Assembly: GCF_902713615.1 (NCBI RefSeq)
Contig: NC_052167.1
Coordinates: forward strand, 22,682,690-22,746,689
DNA from: Scyliorhinus canicula
Taxonomy: Eukaryota
Direction: 5' to 3'
DNA length: 64,000 nucleotides
Part shown: positions 20,977 through 33,239 of the stretch, in pieces
How the letters are laid out: the number at the start of each line of letters is the position of its first letter
Position numbering within the stretch: the stretch's first letter is position 1
Notes under the pieces: model-generated
What the model saw: the letters and a program-made list of their open reading frames with translations, nothing else
What the model was told of the DNA's origin: nothing
Database searches by the model: none
Position numbers and translations under genes: made by a program

Positions 20977-23968
20977 CTGCAGAGGAAAACCCAGAGCATC
21001 AGCAAAAACAATCTGGAGTTAACTCTTTTTAAAAGGTTTCCTGCACTATCGGAGAAACAGAGCACGGTTCAGTGGCACACACTGTAGCAATTGCAGATTG
21101 AGCCACAGGAGCAGGAGGGCGACAGCTAGCTGCCCACACATATTGGTACTGTTAAGGGGGAAAATAAGGGTTTAAAAAAAAAAGGTAAAAACAAAGGAAA
21201 ACAGGGAACTGATTCGAGGCTGACAGCTGGAGAAATTATGAGATGCAAATTTGCCCATCAGTGGAAAAGAAGTATTTTGCAAATATGATTAGAGAAAATA
21301 ATGGGGTTACAGAGGTGGTAACTTCAAAGTGGCGAGATAAGGAAATGGATAGGTACCAAAAACCAATTGCATAGGGTGAATAACATCAAAGGGAAATAAA
21401 TAGTATAATTACGGAACTAATAAAGAAAAAGACAGCCAGCTAACCTCAGAACTGCACGGTGGCGCAGTGGTTAGCACTGCTGCCTCATGACGCTGAGGTC
21501 CCAGGTTCGATCCCGGCTCTGGGTCACTGTCCGTGTGGAGTTTGCACATTCTCCCCGTGCTTGTGTGGGTCTCACCCCCACAACCCAAAGATGTGCAGGG
21601 TAGGTGGATTGGCCACGCTAAATTGCCCCTTAATTGGAAAAAATGAATTGGGTACTCTAAATTTAAAAAAAAGTTGCAAATATAGGCCAGAAATCCCTGG
21701 TCGCTGCGATACCCTGTTCCTGCCGTCTCCCCCCCCCCCCCCCCCCGAGTTTCCCAGCAGCATGGGATGGCTTCCTTGACAAGCAGCGGGAATAGTGAAT
21801 CCCACTGCCAGCGAACGGCATGCTGCTGAGAAACACACAGTTGGGATACAAGAGAATCCAGCCCGGATTCTCCTGAAAGCAGTCATTTTCTACCGCTGCA
21901 GAGTCTGAAGACCATTCCTTAGACGTGACCACCTTAACCCGCTTGCGATAATTATTTGCTGGATTTAGGTCGTAAAGTTACTTATTATTGGATGTTGTTT
22001 GGGAAATGGAGTGCCTCAGAGATCAGGTAACATAGGTTTGGGGACCAAGGGATAGTTTCATCCAAAATTATGTGCACAGTCATCAGTTACTCAAGTGTCA
22101 TGCTGTATTATAGTCCTTCTTGTGTGTGTTTTTGTTGTATAGTGTTATTAATATGCATCTTCTTATTTAAATCTATTGCTGATGACATCAGTAAGTGCTG
22201 TCATGTCATTAGTTGTAGTTGTTACCAGTGCATATTCGTAGTTAAATGCCATTAGTTCTAATTCTATTCTGTTTCTGTTACTTCAATGTTTAACTAGCTG
22301 CTTCCGTGTTTGAGTCCATACTGTATTTTAAACTTCGAAAATTTCCTGTATTAAAGATTAACTTTCACAATGCATTTTGAGTACTTTTTGTGGTCACGTT
22401 ATTACATATTTTTGCCGACGAGGATGGGATAACAAAATTTGAGTTTCAGCAATTTCCACACCACGTTTTGCTAAGTTTACCGATGGAAGTCATGTTAGCA
22501 GCACCCTGGCTTGTTTGTGCCCCCATCAGTGAGTTTGCGGAAGAGAACGAGAACTGGACTGTATGTGGAAAGGTTGGAACACCTTTTCTTGACGAATGGG
22601 ATCACAGGCAAGGCTAGAAAGCGCTCAGTTCTGCTGAGTGAGTGGGACTTACAAGCGCCTGAGAAATTTAGTTATACCATGGAAGCCGGGGGAGCGGTGC
22701 ATTTTATTTGCGGATTTAGTTACACTCATCCAGAATCACAACAATTCTAACCCCTCAGTAATTGTACATTTCAAATTCCAAATGTCACTTTCAGAAGACA
22801 GGACAGTCTGTCGCTAACTGTGTTGCTGAATTGAGGCAGCTCTCTGAACATTGCAGATTTGGGGCAGTTTTGGATGACATCTTCAGGACAGACTAGTCTG
22901 TGGCATTAACAAGGATAGCATTCAGCTGGGAGAAGCCACAATTACGTTTAAGAAGGCTGTAGACATTTCTCAGGGCATGGAAATGGCTGCCAACAACGCA
23001 AAAGATATTCAGAAGGCCAATGGCGGTACACAGGCAGATGCACCGAAAAAAGTTTTAAAAAAAGAAACAACAAGTAAAAAGGTGGAGACAGTGAAGTGGG
23101 TTTGGCGTGGAGGGTCACGCTCTGCAAATCACAGTAAGTTTATGGATACTGTCACCAGTGCAAACAAGGAGGAGCATTTAGTGAAAAATGCTGGGGTGTC
23201 AAGAGAAAGTCGAAGGCTGAGCCGGGAACTTAAAATGCATGAACGTCTCAGTTGGCGGTGCATTGCTTGGGAAACACAGACCAGGCAGAGGATCACTGAT
23301 AAGACATGTTCAATATGAGTGAGAGACGTGCAGAGCCTATTTATGCTGCAGTGGAGGTTGGCGGACAGAATATCAAGCTGGAGGTGCACACAGGAGGCTC
23401 TATATCCGTGAGGAAACCTTCAGGAAGATTTGCTCAGAGTCCCTCCACGCTGATAAGATCCGTTTCCGACCTACCAAGGAGGCAAAGGCCAAAATGTCGG
23501 CCTCTCTCGCCCCCTGGACACCCAGGTCTTCCGACACTCCAAAGATCGCCACCTCTGGACTCGGTGCCACCATTGTTTTTAGTAGATTAAGGGGGGAGGG
23601 GGAGTTAGGTTAGTTCAGTCTAGTTTAGGCGGGAACAGTGAGTAGAGATGGGGGGTTACGTACTGAATCATGGATACATTTGTATTTGTATCTTTTGTTG
23701 TTATAAAACCATAAATGCCTGAATAAAATGTTTGTTAAAAAATATGTCAAAATGCAATTGACAAATCTGCTAGCCCACTTTAATCCAGACAGGGAACCTA
23801 TTCTTTCGTGCGATGTCTCGCCCTACAGTGTGGGGTGGTACTTTCTCAGGTAATGGAGGACGAGTCCGAGTAACGCATTGGTTTTGCATCGAGAACGCTG
23901 AAAAGGGGCATTCACAGCTTGACAAAGAAAATCTAGCTATCGTTTTTGCAGTAAAAAGATTCCATCAG

Positions 23969-24200
23969 CGGGCAGCACGGTGGCCTAGTGGTTAGCACAA
24001 CCGCCTCACGGCACTGAGGTCCCAGGTTCGATCCCGGCTCTGGGTCACTGTCCGTGTGGAGTTTGCACATTCTCCCCGTGTCTGCGTGGGTTTCGCCCCC
24101 ACAACCCAAAAAAAAAATGTGCAGAGTAGGTGGATTGGCCACGCTAAATTGCCCCTTAATTGGAAAAAATAATTGGGTAATCTAAATTTATTTTAAAAAA
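23969..24200 (+). mobile_element. Type C V-SINE inserted in the Gypsy RNase H region
   Basis: 16-bp TSD aaaaagattccatcag (23953-23968 and 24197-24212). Confidence 0.92.
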
Positions 24201-24769
24201 AGATTCCATCAGTACCTCTATGGTCGTTTGGCCACCATATCTACCAACCCCACAAGACATTGATGAGCCTACTCAGCGAGTCAAAATGTATTCCTCCAAT
24301 GGCCGCAGCAAGAATACTGCGCTAGGCATTTAGATCGTCAGCACAGTGTACAGGGCAGGGAAGGACAATGCTAATGCAGGCATATTAAGTCATCTCCCTT
24401 TACCAGATTTGCCAATCCAGGTATTGTGTCCTCCCGAGACTGTTTCCTCACCAGAGAGACTTGTCCAATCCCCAGGGACGGGCAGAGATCCTATTCTATC
24501 ACAAGGTAAAAGATTTCTGATGCAAGAATGGCCATTTATCATCGAAGATGGTGGGTTGAAGCCTTCTGTGGGGCGGAAGGACGAGTTGATTGTGCAGGAT
24601 GATTGCATGTTGTGGGGGTTGAGAGTGGCCATTCCGTCCCCTGGTTGTTTGCTAGAAATGGATGAAATTCCTGAGGTTCATCCAGGCTACTCTCGAATGA
24701 AACGTCTAGCCAGATCGTATGTTTGGTAGCCGAAGATGGAGCAGGATTTGGAGATCAAAATGAAATCCT

Positions 24770-24990
24770 GTTTTTAAAAATAAATTTAGAGTACCCAATT
24801 CTATTTTTCCAATTAAGGGGCAGTTTAGTGTGGCCAATCCACCTAGCCTGCACATTTTTGTTGTGGGGGCGAAATCCACGCAGACACAGGGAGAAATTGC
24901 AAACTCCGCACGGACAGTGACCCAGAGCCGGGATCGAACCTGGGACCTCGGCGCCGTGAGGCAGCAGGGCCACTGCGCCACCGTGCTGCC
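24770..24990 (-). mobile_element. Type C V-SINE inserted in the Gypsy integrase region
   Basis: Flanked by tgaaatcctg duplication. Confidence 0.88.
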
Positions 24991-27900
24991 GAGCAAAGTG
25001 AAATCCTGATCTGCATGTTAATCTAACCAGAAGATGGTGCGACGAGCACCTTTCCATACTTGTTTGAGAATTCATGTGGATTTTGCAGCTCCCTTCATGG
25101 GTCAAATGTCATTGCGGATGCACATCCTGAGTGGTTGGAGGTATACATCATGAACAACATTACAGCCCCCAGTAGCATGCAGGAGCTACGTCAAGTCTTT
25201 GCAACTTCTGGGTTACCAAATTCTCTCATTTCTGATAACGGTACAACATTTACGAGCGAGCTGTCCCACGAGTTTGTGCAAATATGTCATGTGTGTACTG
25301 TGCCTTTTCATCCAACTTCAAATGGTTTGGCAGAGCGTGCTGTTCGGGCATTGAAGGAAGGATTGAAGAGGATGGCAGGTGATACTTCAGGGACCAAGCT
25401 CCCGTGATTCGTATTCCAACATCGTATCACACGGCAAACAACCACGGGTCTCTCACCAGCTGAATCATTGGTGGGTCGAAGACCGAAATCTCGCCTGAAT
25501 CTGCTACATCCAGATGTCAAAGCAAAATTGGGGAGGAGACAAGAAAAGCAAAAGGAGAGTGATGATTATCATACCGAGGAGAGACGTTTTAACCCAAATC
25601 ACTGTGCCTATATCAGGAATTCTGGCAGCAACCAGCGGTGGCTACCTGAAATTAAATGAAAATCGCTTATTGTCACAAGTAGGCTTCAAATGAAGTTACT
25701 GTGAAAAGCCCCTAGTTATTCTTAACCGGTGGTCCAGTATCTTTGGCAGCGAAATTGAACAATGGAAGAGTTGTCTGTAGGCATCAAGGTCAGATTTATC
25801 TGAGCCTTGACTCTGCGATAGCAAAAGTTCAAGATAACACAATAGAAGGAAATGTGGCTGTGGAAATTCAACAAGAAGTGTTGTACCAGGACGTCAGTGG
25901 ACTCTACTTCAGGAGAGGAAGACTCGTGCCCAGATACTGAATCTACTCCTGTGCCCAAAAGTTCAGCTGAACTAAGTCACGCATCAGAAGAATTAACAGA
26001 GTCAACAGTGGTACTGCGCAGTTCACAGTGTAGTTGCAAAGCTACTGAAAGTTTGGTGTATGATTGCAGCATTAGTTTCATTGCTTTTCTGTCTTTAAGG
26101 GGGATTAAAATTTATGGGGGGGAAAGTGTAATAGAGTGTTATTATTTTGCATCTTCTTATTTAAATCCATTATTGATGTAATTAGTAAGTGCTATGAAGT
26201 CATTAGTTATTACCTGTGTATTTTGTATTTAACGGCTGTTAGTTCGAATTCTATTACTCTTATTTTGACATTTAACTAGCTGCTCCTGTTTTTTAGTGTC
26301 ACAAGTAGGCTTACATTAACACTGCAATGAAGTTACTGTGAAAATTCCCGAGTTGCCACATTCCGGTGCCTGTTCGGTTACACAGAGGGAGAATTCAGAA
26401 TGTCCAATTCATCGAACAGCACGTTTTTTGGGACTTGTGGGAGGAAACCAGAGCACCCGGAGGAAACCCACGCAGACACGGGGAGGATGTGCAGAATCCG
26501 CACAGACAGTGACCCAAGCCGGGAATCGAACCTGGGACCCTGGCGACAAAAGAAAATTACTGCGGATGCTGGAATCTGGCGACAATGTATTTTAAACTTT
26601 GTATTTTTGTATATTAAAGATTAACTTTCACAATGCGTTTTGACGACCTCTTTGTGGTCAAGTTTCCACAGTTTTTCTTTTAAGTTAATAAACATTCTTT
26701 ATTATTTGTTCACACAACAACTGGACCATTTCTCACTGGGTGGTATGGAATTCCTCACAATATAGAAAAAACACATACACCACAATAGGAGGAAATGTTG
26801 CTGTGGGAATTCAACAAGAAGTAGTTCCTGTTGTACCAGGACTTCCAGTGGACGTTACTTCAGGGGAAGGACATTCGTGCATAAATACTCAATCTACTCC
26901 TGCGCCCACACATTCAGCGGAACTAAATCAAACATCAAAAGAGTTGGCGGAGTTACCAGTGGTACTGCGCAGATCACAGCGCAGTCGGAAAGCTCCTGAA
27001 ACCGGTGTTCCACGCTACTCTTCTGGGTTTTGGGATATCCTCGCATTGAACGCCAGGGTGGTTTGTAACAATACTCCTCGGATACCTTGTCATCAAAGTA
27101 GGCTTTATTTTGTTGTGGAACCTAGATGAAGGGCCAAGGCTGACTATTCACAGCCTCGCCACTGTCAGAGACTGAACCAAACTGTTGGAAACCTTAGTAT
27201 CATGATCGACTCCGGGCTGAGTTTTTGACACCTCACGAAACATAATTGCTTCCATCTACATAACGGGAGGTCTGGTGGGGCAATGGGTCGTAACCCTGCT
27301 TCTGAGCTAGAAAACCCAGGTTTGATTCCTACCCCAGGACCAAGGTGCATTCAGAATGCAGTTCGGCAGGTCGAACATCAACTTTTAAACATACACCAAT
27401 AGCAGGCAGTAAGAGTGGCAGAGATCCCTGGTCAGCCATGTGATGGAAAGAACATTGGAGCCTCTACCATCACTATCTATAGCTCCAGAGTACAACATGC
27501 ATGTTGAAGTGTATGATGCCACTCAACTCTGAATCTGAGTGAACTCCAACACACTTGGAGAACCCTCCTCCAACCCTACCTCACTCACTTGCTGCTAAAC
27601 TCCTCAGCCACACCTCTCTTACCTCAAGACAGGACTTTCCCAAAACTCTCCTGTCCACCTTATTTCTTCCACCCACTAAACTTCAATTTAACCATTACCG
27701 TAGAATCACAAATCCCAACAGTGCAGAAGGGGGTGATTCGGTCCATTAGGTCTGCACTGACCCTCTGAAAGGCCTACCTCGGTCCACACCCTCACCCTAT
27801 CCCTGCAACCCCACCTAACCTACACATTCCTGGACACTAAAGGGCAATTTGCATCATGGTCAATCCACCTAACCTGCACATCTTTGTGACTGCGGGAGGA

Positions 27901-29158
27901 AACCCACTCAGACACGGGAGAACGAGCAAACTCCACAAAGAGCTACCCAAGCCGGAATTTAACCCAGGTTTCCTCCCACAAGTCCCAAAAGATGTGCTGT
28001 TAGGTGAATTGAAACAGGCGCCCGAATGTGGCGACTAGGGGCTTTTCACAGTAAATTCAATGCAGTGCTAATGTAAGCCTAATTGTGACAATAAAGATTA
28101 TTAAAGATAGACAGTAACTCACTTTAACCTCTCATCCTAAGACCAGATGTCCCAAGCAGAATCCTGCAGAAGGGACATATTAGGCACAAAACATTCACTC
28201 TGTTTCTCTCTCCACATTTACTGACAGACCAGCAGAGTTTTCCCAGAAGTTTTGCTTTTATTTGAAATATCATCAGCAGGCTTTTCCTTTTTATCTTCAA
28301 ACTTGCGTGAAAGACTTTGGTATTAGCCCGTATTAGGTACACAAATGCCTGGCCTCCTCACTGAGCGGAGTGCTCTACTCAGCGAGTGACAATTAACACA
28401 TTGGCACAGCACTGCTGCCTCACTGACCAGGGACCTCAATTCCGGCCTGGGTGACTGTGTGCGGAGTTTGCACTTTCTCCGTGAGTTTCATCCGGGTGCT
28501 CCGGTTTCCTCCCACAGTCATAGAACATACAGTGCAGAAGGAGGCCATTCTGCCCATCGAGTCTGCATCGACCCACTTCAGCCCTCACTTCCACCCTATC
28601 CCCATGAGCCAATAACCCCATCGAACGTTTTTGGACACTAAGGGCAATTGTAGCACGGCCAATCCACCTAACCTGCGCATCTTTGGACTGCGGGAGGAAA
28701 CCGGGGCACCCGGAGGAAACCCACGCAGATACGGGGAGAACGTGCAGACTCCGCACAGACCGGGGATCGAACCTGGGACCCTGGCACTGTGAAACTACAC
28801 TGCTAGCCACCGTGCTACCCAGTCCAAAGATGTGCAGGTTATGTGGGTTGGCCACGATCACGGTTGGCAGGGTTACGGGGACAGGCCGGGGCTGGGTAGG
28901 GTGCTCTTTCAGAGGGATGGTGCAGACTCAATGGGCCGAATGATCTCCTTCTGCACTGCAGGGATTCTAATGGATTTTAGCTTTGCAATCCCTCACTGTC
29001 AACACATCAGATCTCCCCAGGTTTGCAGCCAGAGCTGTTGGACAGAGCAGGGTCTGACCCCTGCCCCATCTCCAAGGTGACTGCACTGACACTGACTCCG
29101 GTGCTGCCACCTCCCCGCTGCGCAGTTTATAATCTCCGGTGAAATCCCCACTACTCAC

Positions 29159-29249
29159 CAGCCCTAACACTGGCCCAGATCCTCTCCGGCTGCAGGCTCT
29201 TACGGACCCTCCTGCCCAAGGAGCCAAGGCAGCGACCACTCAGCGCCAT
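29159..29249 (-). CDS. ndufb8: NADH:ubiquinone oxidoreductase subunit B8, exon 1 (presequence MALSGRCLGSLGRRVRKSLQPERIWASVRA)
   Basis: ATG at 29249 in a CpG island; 91 nt ending at G|GTGAGT (phase 1, matches exon 2); Arg/Ser/Leu-rich, like a mitochondrial targeting peptide. Confidence 0.85.
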
Positions 29250-29942
29250 TGCTCCTCGCCCCACTGCGCAAGCGCGGGAAAGACGCGCAGCAGCCTGGGT
29301 AAAAGGGGGCGGGGGCGCTGAGCTCAGGTTACACTCGGGCTGCAGAGCGCGATACGATCCTCCCAGCCGGAGGGGGCGCTGCCCTCAGGTTCCGGTGGGA
29401 GCTGATGCTGGCCAGAGTCGAAGCGGTCCTCCGGGGCGGAGGGGGCGCTGCGCTCAGGCTACACTAGGGCTGCAGAGCGCGATACGATCCTCCCAACCGG
29501 AGGGGGCGCTGCGCTCAGGCTCCGGTGGGAGCTGATGCTGGCCAGAGCCGACGCGGTCCTCCCGGCCGGAGGGGGCGCTGCACTGAGGCACCGGTGGGAG
29601 CTGATGGTGGCCAGAGCCGACGCGGTCCTCCCAGCCGGAGGGGGCGCTGCGCTCAGGCGGGAGCTGATGGTGGCCAGAGCCGACGTGGTCCTCCCAGCCG
29701 GAGGGGGCGCTGCGGTCAGGCTCCGGTGGGAGCTGATGCTGGCCGGAGCCGACACGGTCCTCCCGGCCGGAGGGGGAGTTGTGCCGCGGGGTCGGGCCGT
29801 GCCGGCTGAGGCCGCACCGCCCAGTTCCGGCGGCCGAGCTCATTGCGCGGCGGCTGTTGGCTCAGTTCGCTGCCGGCGGAGCTGGAGTGAGGGGCCGGCC
29901 GGGCCCCGCTCGGGGGGCGTACTCCCTGAGCAGAGACGGGCC
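29250..29942. promoter_or_regulatory. CpG-island bidirectional promoter between ndufb8 and hif1an
   Basis: Very GC/CpG rich; divergent ATGs; NRF1-like TGCGCAAGCGCG near 29265; GC box near 29305. Confidence 0.85.
29320..29780. repeat. 61-69 bp GC-rich tandem array, about 7 units, each with a GGAGGGGGCGCTGC-type motif
   Basis: Motif at about 29369, 29438, 29499, 29568, 29637 and 29700, degenerate at 29769. Confidence 0.9.
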
Positions 29943-30074
29943 ATGGCGGAGCCCAGTGGGGATGAGAGGCGGCGCTGGAGCGAGGTCCAGCTGAGGAATT
30001 ACACCTTCGCCACCAAGGACATCCCCAGGATGTCCCACAGCGATCCGCGGGTCGAGGCGCTGATAGACAACGAG
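29943..30074 (+). CDS. hif1an: HIF1 asparaginyl hydroxylase FIH-1, exon 1 (MAEPSGDERRRWSEVQLRNYTFATKDIPRMSHSDPRVEALIDNE)
   Basis: Strong Kozak gccATGG; QLRxYxF...IPR...SDPR...LIxNE matches the FIH N-terminus; GAG|gtaatg donor, phase 0. Confidence 0.92.
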
Positions 30075-30094
30075 GTAATGAGCGGGCGGGGCAA

Positions 30095-32083
30095 TCCCTC
30101 AGAGATCCAGCACGATCCCTCAGGGATCCAGCCCAATTCCAGAGAGATCCAGCCCAATTCCAGAGATCCAGCCCAATTCCAGAGAGATCCAGCCCAATCC
30201 CAGAGAGATCCAGCCCAATCCCAGAGAGATCCAGCCCAATCCCAGAGAGATCCAGCCCAATTCCAGAGAGATCCAGCCCAATCCCAGAGAGATCCAGCCC
30301 AATCCCAGAGAGATGCAGCCCAATCCCAGAGAGATCCAGCCCAATCCCAGAGAGATCCAGCCCAATTCCAGAGAGATGCAGCCCAATTCCAGAGAGATGC
30401 AGCCCAATCCCAGAGAGATGCAGCCCAATCCCAGAGAGATGCAGCCCAATCCCAGAGAGATCCAACCCGATCCCAGAGACATCCAGCCCAATCCCAGAGA
30501 GATGCAGCCCAATCCCAGAGAGATGCAGCCCAATCCCAGAGAGATGCAGCCCAATCCCAGAGAGATGCAGCCCAATCCCAGAGAGATGCAGCCCAATCCC
30601 AGAGAGATGCAGCCCAATCCCAGAGAGATGCAGCCCAATCCCAGAGAGATGCAGCCCAATCCCAGAGAGATGCAGCCCAATCCCAGAGAGATGCAGCCCA
30701 ATCCCAGAGAGATGCAGCCCAATCCCAGAGAGATGCAGCCCAATCCCAGAGAGATGCAGCCCAATCCCAGAGAGATGCAGCCCAATCCCAGAGCGATGCA
30801 GCCCAATCCCAGAGAGATGCAGCCCAATCCCAGAGAGATGCAGCCCAATCCCAGAGAGATGCAGCCCAATCCCAGAGAGATGCAGCCCAATCCCAGAGAG
30901 ATGCAGCCCGATCCCAGAGAGATGCAGCCCGATCCCAGAGAGATGCAGCCCAATCCCAGAGAGATGCAGCCCAATCCCAGAGAGATGCAGCCCAATCCCA
31001 GAGAGATGCAGCCCAATCCCAGAGAGATGCAGCCCAATCCCAGAGAGATGCAGCCCAACCCCAGAGAGATGCAGCCCAACCCCAGAGAGATGCAGCCCAA
31101 TCCCAGAGAGATGCAGCCCAATCCCAGAGAGATGCAGCCCAATCCCAGAGAGATGCAGCCCAATCCCAGAGAGATGCAGCCCAATCCCAGAGAGATGCAG
31201 CCCAACCCCAGAGAGATGCAGCCCAACCCCAGAGAGATGCAGCCCAATCCCAGAGAGATGCAGCCCAATCCCAGAGAGATGCAGCCCAATCCCAGAGAGA
31301 TGCAGCCCAATCCCAGAGAGATGCAGCCCAATCCCAGAGAGATGCAGCCCAATCCCAGAGAGATGCAGCCCAATCCCAGAGAGATGCAGCCCAATCCCAG
31401 AGAGATGCAGCCCAATCCCAGAGAGATGCAGCCCAATCCCAGAGAGATGCAGCCCGATCCCAGAGAGATGCAGCCCGATCCCAGAGAGATGCAGCCCGAT
31501 CCCGGAGTGATCCAGCCCGATCCCGGCGTGATCCAGCCCGATCCCGGCGTGATCCAGCCCGATCCCGGAGAGATCCAGTCCGATCCCAGAGAGATCCAGC
31601 CCGATCCCAGAGAGATCCAGCCCAATCCCAGAGAGATCCAGCCCAATCCCAGAGAGATCCAGCCCGATCCCAGAGAGATCCAACCCGATCCCGGAGAGAT
31701 CCAGCCCGATCCCAGAGAGATCCAGCCCAATCCCAGACACATCCTGCCCAATCCCAAAGAGAGATCCATCCCGATCCCAGAGAGATCCAGCCCGATCCCA
31801 GAGAGATCCAGCCCGATCCCAGAGAGATCCATCCCAATCCCAGAGAGATCCAACCCGATCCCGATGTGATCCAGCCCGATCCCGGAGAGATCCAGCCCGA
31901 TCCCAGAGAGATCCAGCCCGATCCCAGAGAGATCCAGCCCAATCCAAAAGAGATCCAGCCCAATCCCAGAGAGAGTTCCAGCCCAATTCCTGACAGATCC
32001 AGCCCGATCCCAGAGAGATCCAGCCCGATCCCAGAGATATCCATCCAAATCCCAGAGAGAGAGATCCAGCCCAATCCCTCAGA
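30095..32083. repeat. 21-bp minisatellite GAT(G/C)CAGCCCAATCCCAGAGA at the start of hif1an intron 1
   Basis: About 90 units; explains the QRDAAQS, MQPNPRE and SLWDWAA ORFs. Confidence 0.97.
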
Positions 32084-32261
32084 AATGAAATGAAAATCGC
32101 TTATTGTCACGAGTAGGCTTCAAATGAAGTTACTGTGAAAATCCCCTAGTCGCCACATTACGGCGCCTGTTCGGGGAGGCTGTTACGGGAATCGAACCGT
32201 GCTGTTGGTCTGCTTTAAAAGCCAGCGATTTAGCCCTGTGCTAAACAGCCCCTGTGCTAAA

Positions 32262-32685
32262 CAGATCCAGCAAAATCCCAGAGAGATCCAGCCGAATCCC
32301 AGAGAGAGATCCAGCACAATGTGTCCCAGAGAGAGATCCGGCGCAGTGTGTCCCAGAGAGAGATCCGGCGCAGTGTGTCCCAGAGAGAGATCCGGCGCAG
32401 TGTGTCCCAGAGAGAGATCCGGCGCAGTGCATCCCAGAGAGAGATCCAGCACAGTGCGTCCCAGAGAGAGATCCGGCACAGTGTGTCCCAGAGAGAGATC
32501 CAGCACAGTGCGTCCCAGAGAGAGATCCAGCACAGTGCGTCCCAGAGAGAGATCCAGCACAGTGCGTCCCAGAGAGAGATCCGGCACAGTGCGTCCCAGA
32601 GAGAGATCCAGCACAGTGCGTCCTAGAGAGAGATCCGGCCCAATCCCAGAGGGAGATCTGGCCCAATCCCAGAGAGAGACCCAGC
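32262..32685. repeat. 27-bp minisatellite CCCAGAGAGAGATCCRGCRCAGTGYGT
   Basis: About 12 units; shares CCCAGAGAGATCC with the 21-mer. Confidence 0.93.
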
Positions 32686-33239
32686 AAAGTTTCTATTCAT
32701 CAGATGCTGAACACTGCACAGTGAAAATGTTAATCACCAAAAATTTAGAAAGGACCACATGTGGAACAAAACGCGTCACAAGTTTATGACCTTAAATTTG
32801 CTGCGAAGACAGTGAAGAATTCAATATAACTACTAACGCCACCAATAATAACTTAGTGGCATTTTGCTCAGCTAGTCAAACATCCGATTATCCAACTTCC
32901 AACTTATCAGAGTGTGGTTATTAGGGGCTTTTCACAGTATCTTCATTGCAGTGTTAATGTTAGCCTACTTGTGACAATAAAGATTATTATTTTGCAGGAT
33001 CATGCAATGAGTTAATTTGCTAATCAGTCAGTTTTTGGTGATTATTGAGTGAGGGAGGTTAGCCACACCATTGAGAATCCGCAGCCCCCCCCCCCCCCCC
33101 CCCCGGAATCTCCTATCCACCTCAACTATCTCGTCCAGCCTCCCCGAACAGGCGCCGGAATGTGGTGACTAGGGGCTTTTCACAGTTACTTAATTTGAAG
33201 CCTACTTGTGACAATAAGTGATTTTCATTTCATTTCAGC

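Larger units (their letters stand above)
22133..26670 (+). mobile_element. Degenerate Ty3/Gypsy LTR retrotransposon in ndufb8 intron 1 (antisense to the gene)
   Basis: LTRs 22133-22406 and 26127-26670 (the latter with a SINE insert), TG..CA ends; GTTTT TSD; PBS tgccgacgaggatgggat (tRNA-Ser-like); PPT ggggggaaag; remnants of protease (LEVHTG), RNase H (ENLAIVFAVKRFH) and integrase (HPGYSRMK, SDNG, SNGLAERAV). Confidence 0.9.

Noticed and set aside
21685-21870. Possible MITE
   Set aside because: Terminal inverted repeats too degenerate to support by eye
28967-29239. ORF-track start MVAALAPW as ndufb8 exon 1
   Set aside because: Non-ATG start in the wrong frame; the ATG at 29249 gives the phase matching exon 2
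29716-32789. 500-850 aa repeat ORFs on both strands
   Set aside because: Products of the 21-bp and 27-bp minisatellites; only 29943-30074 is a real exon
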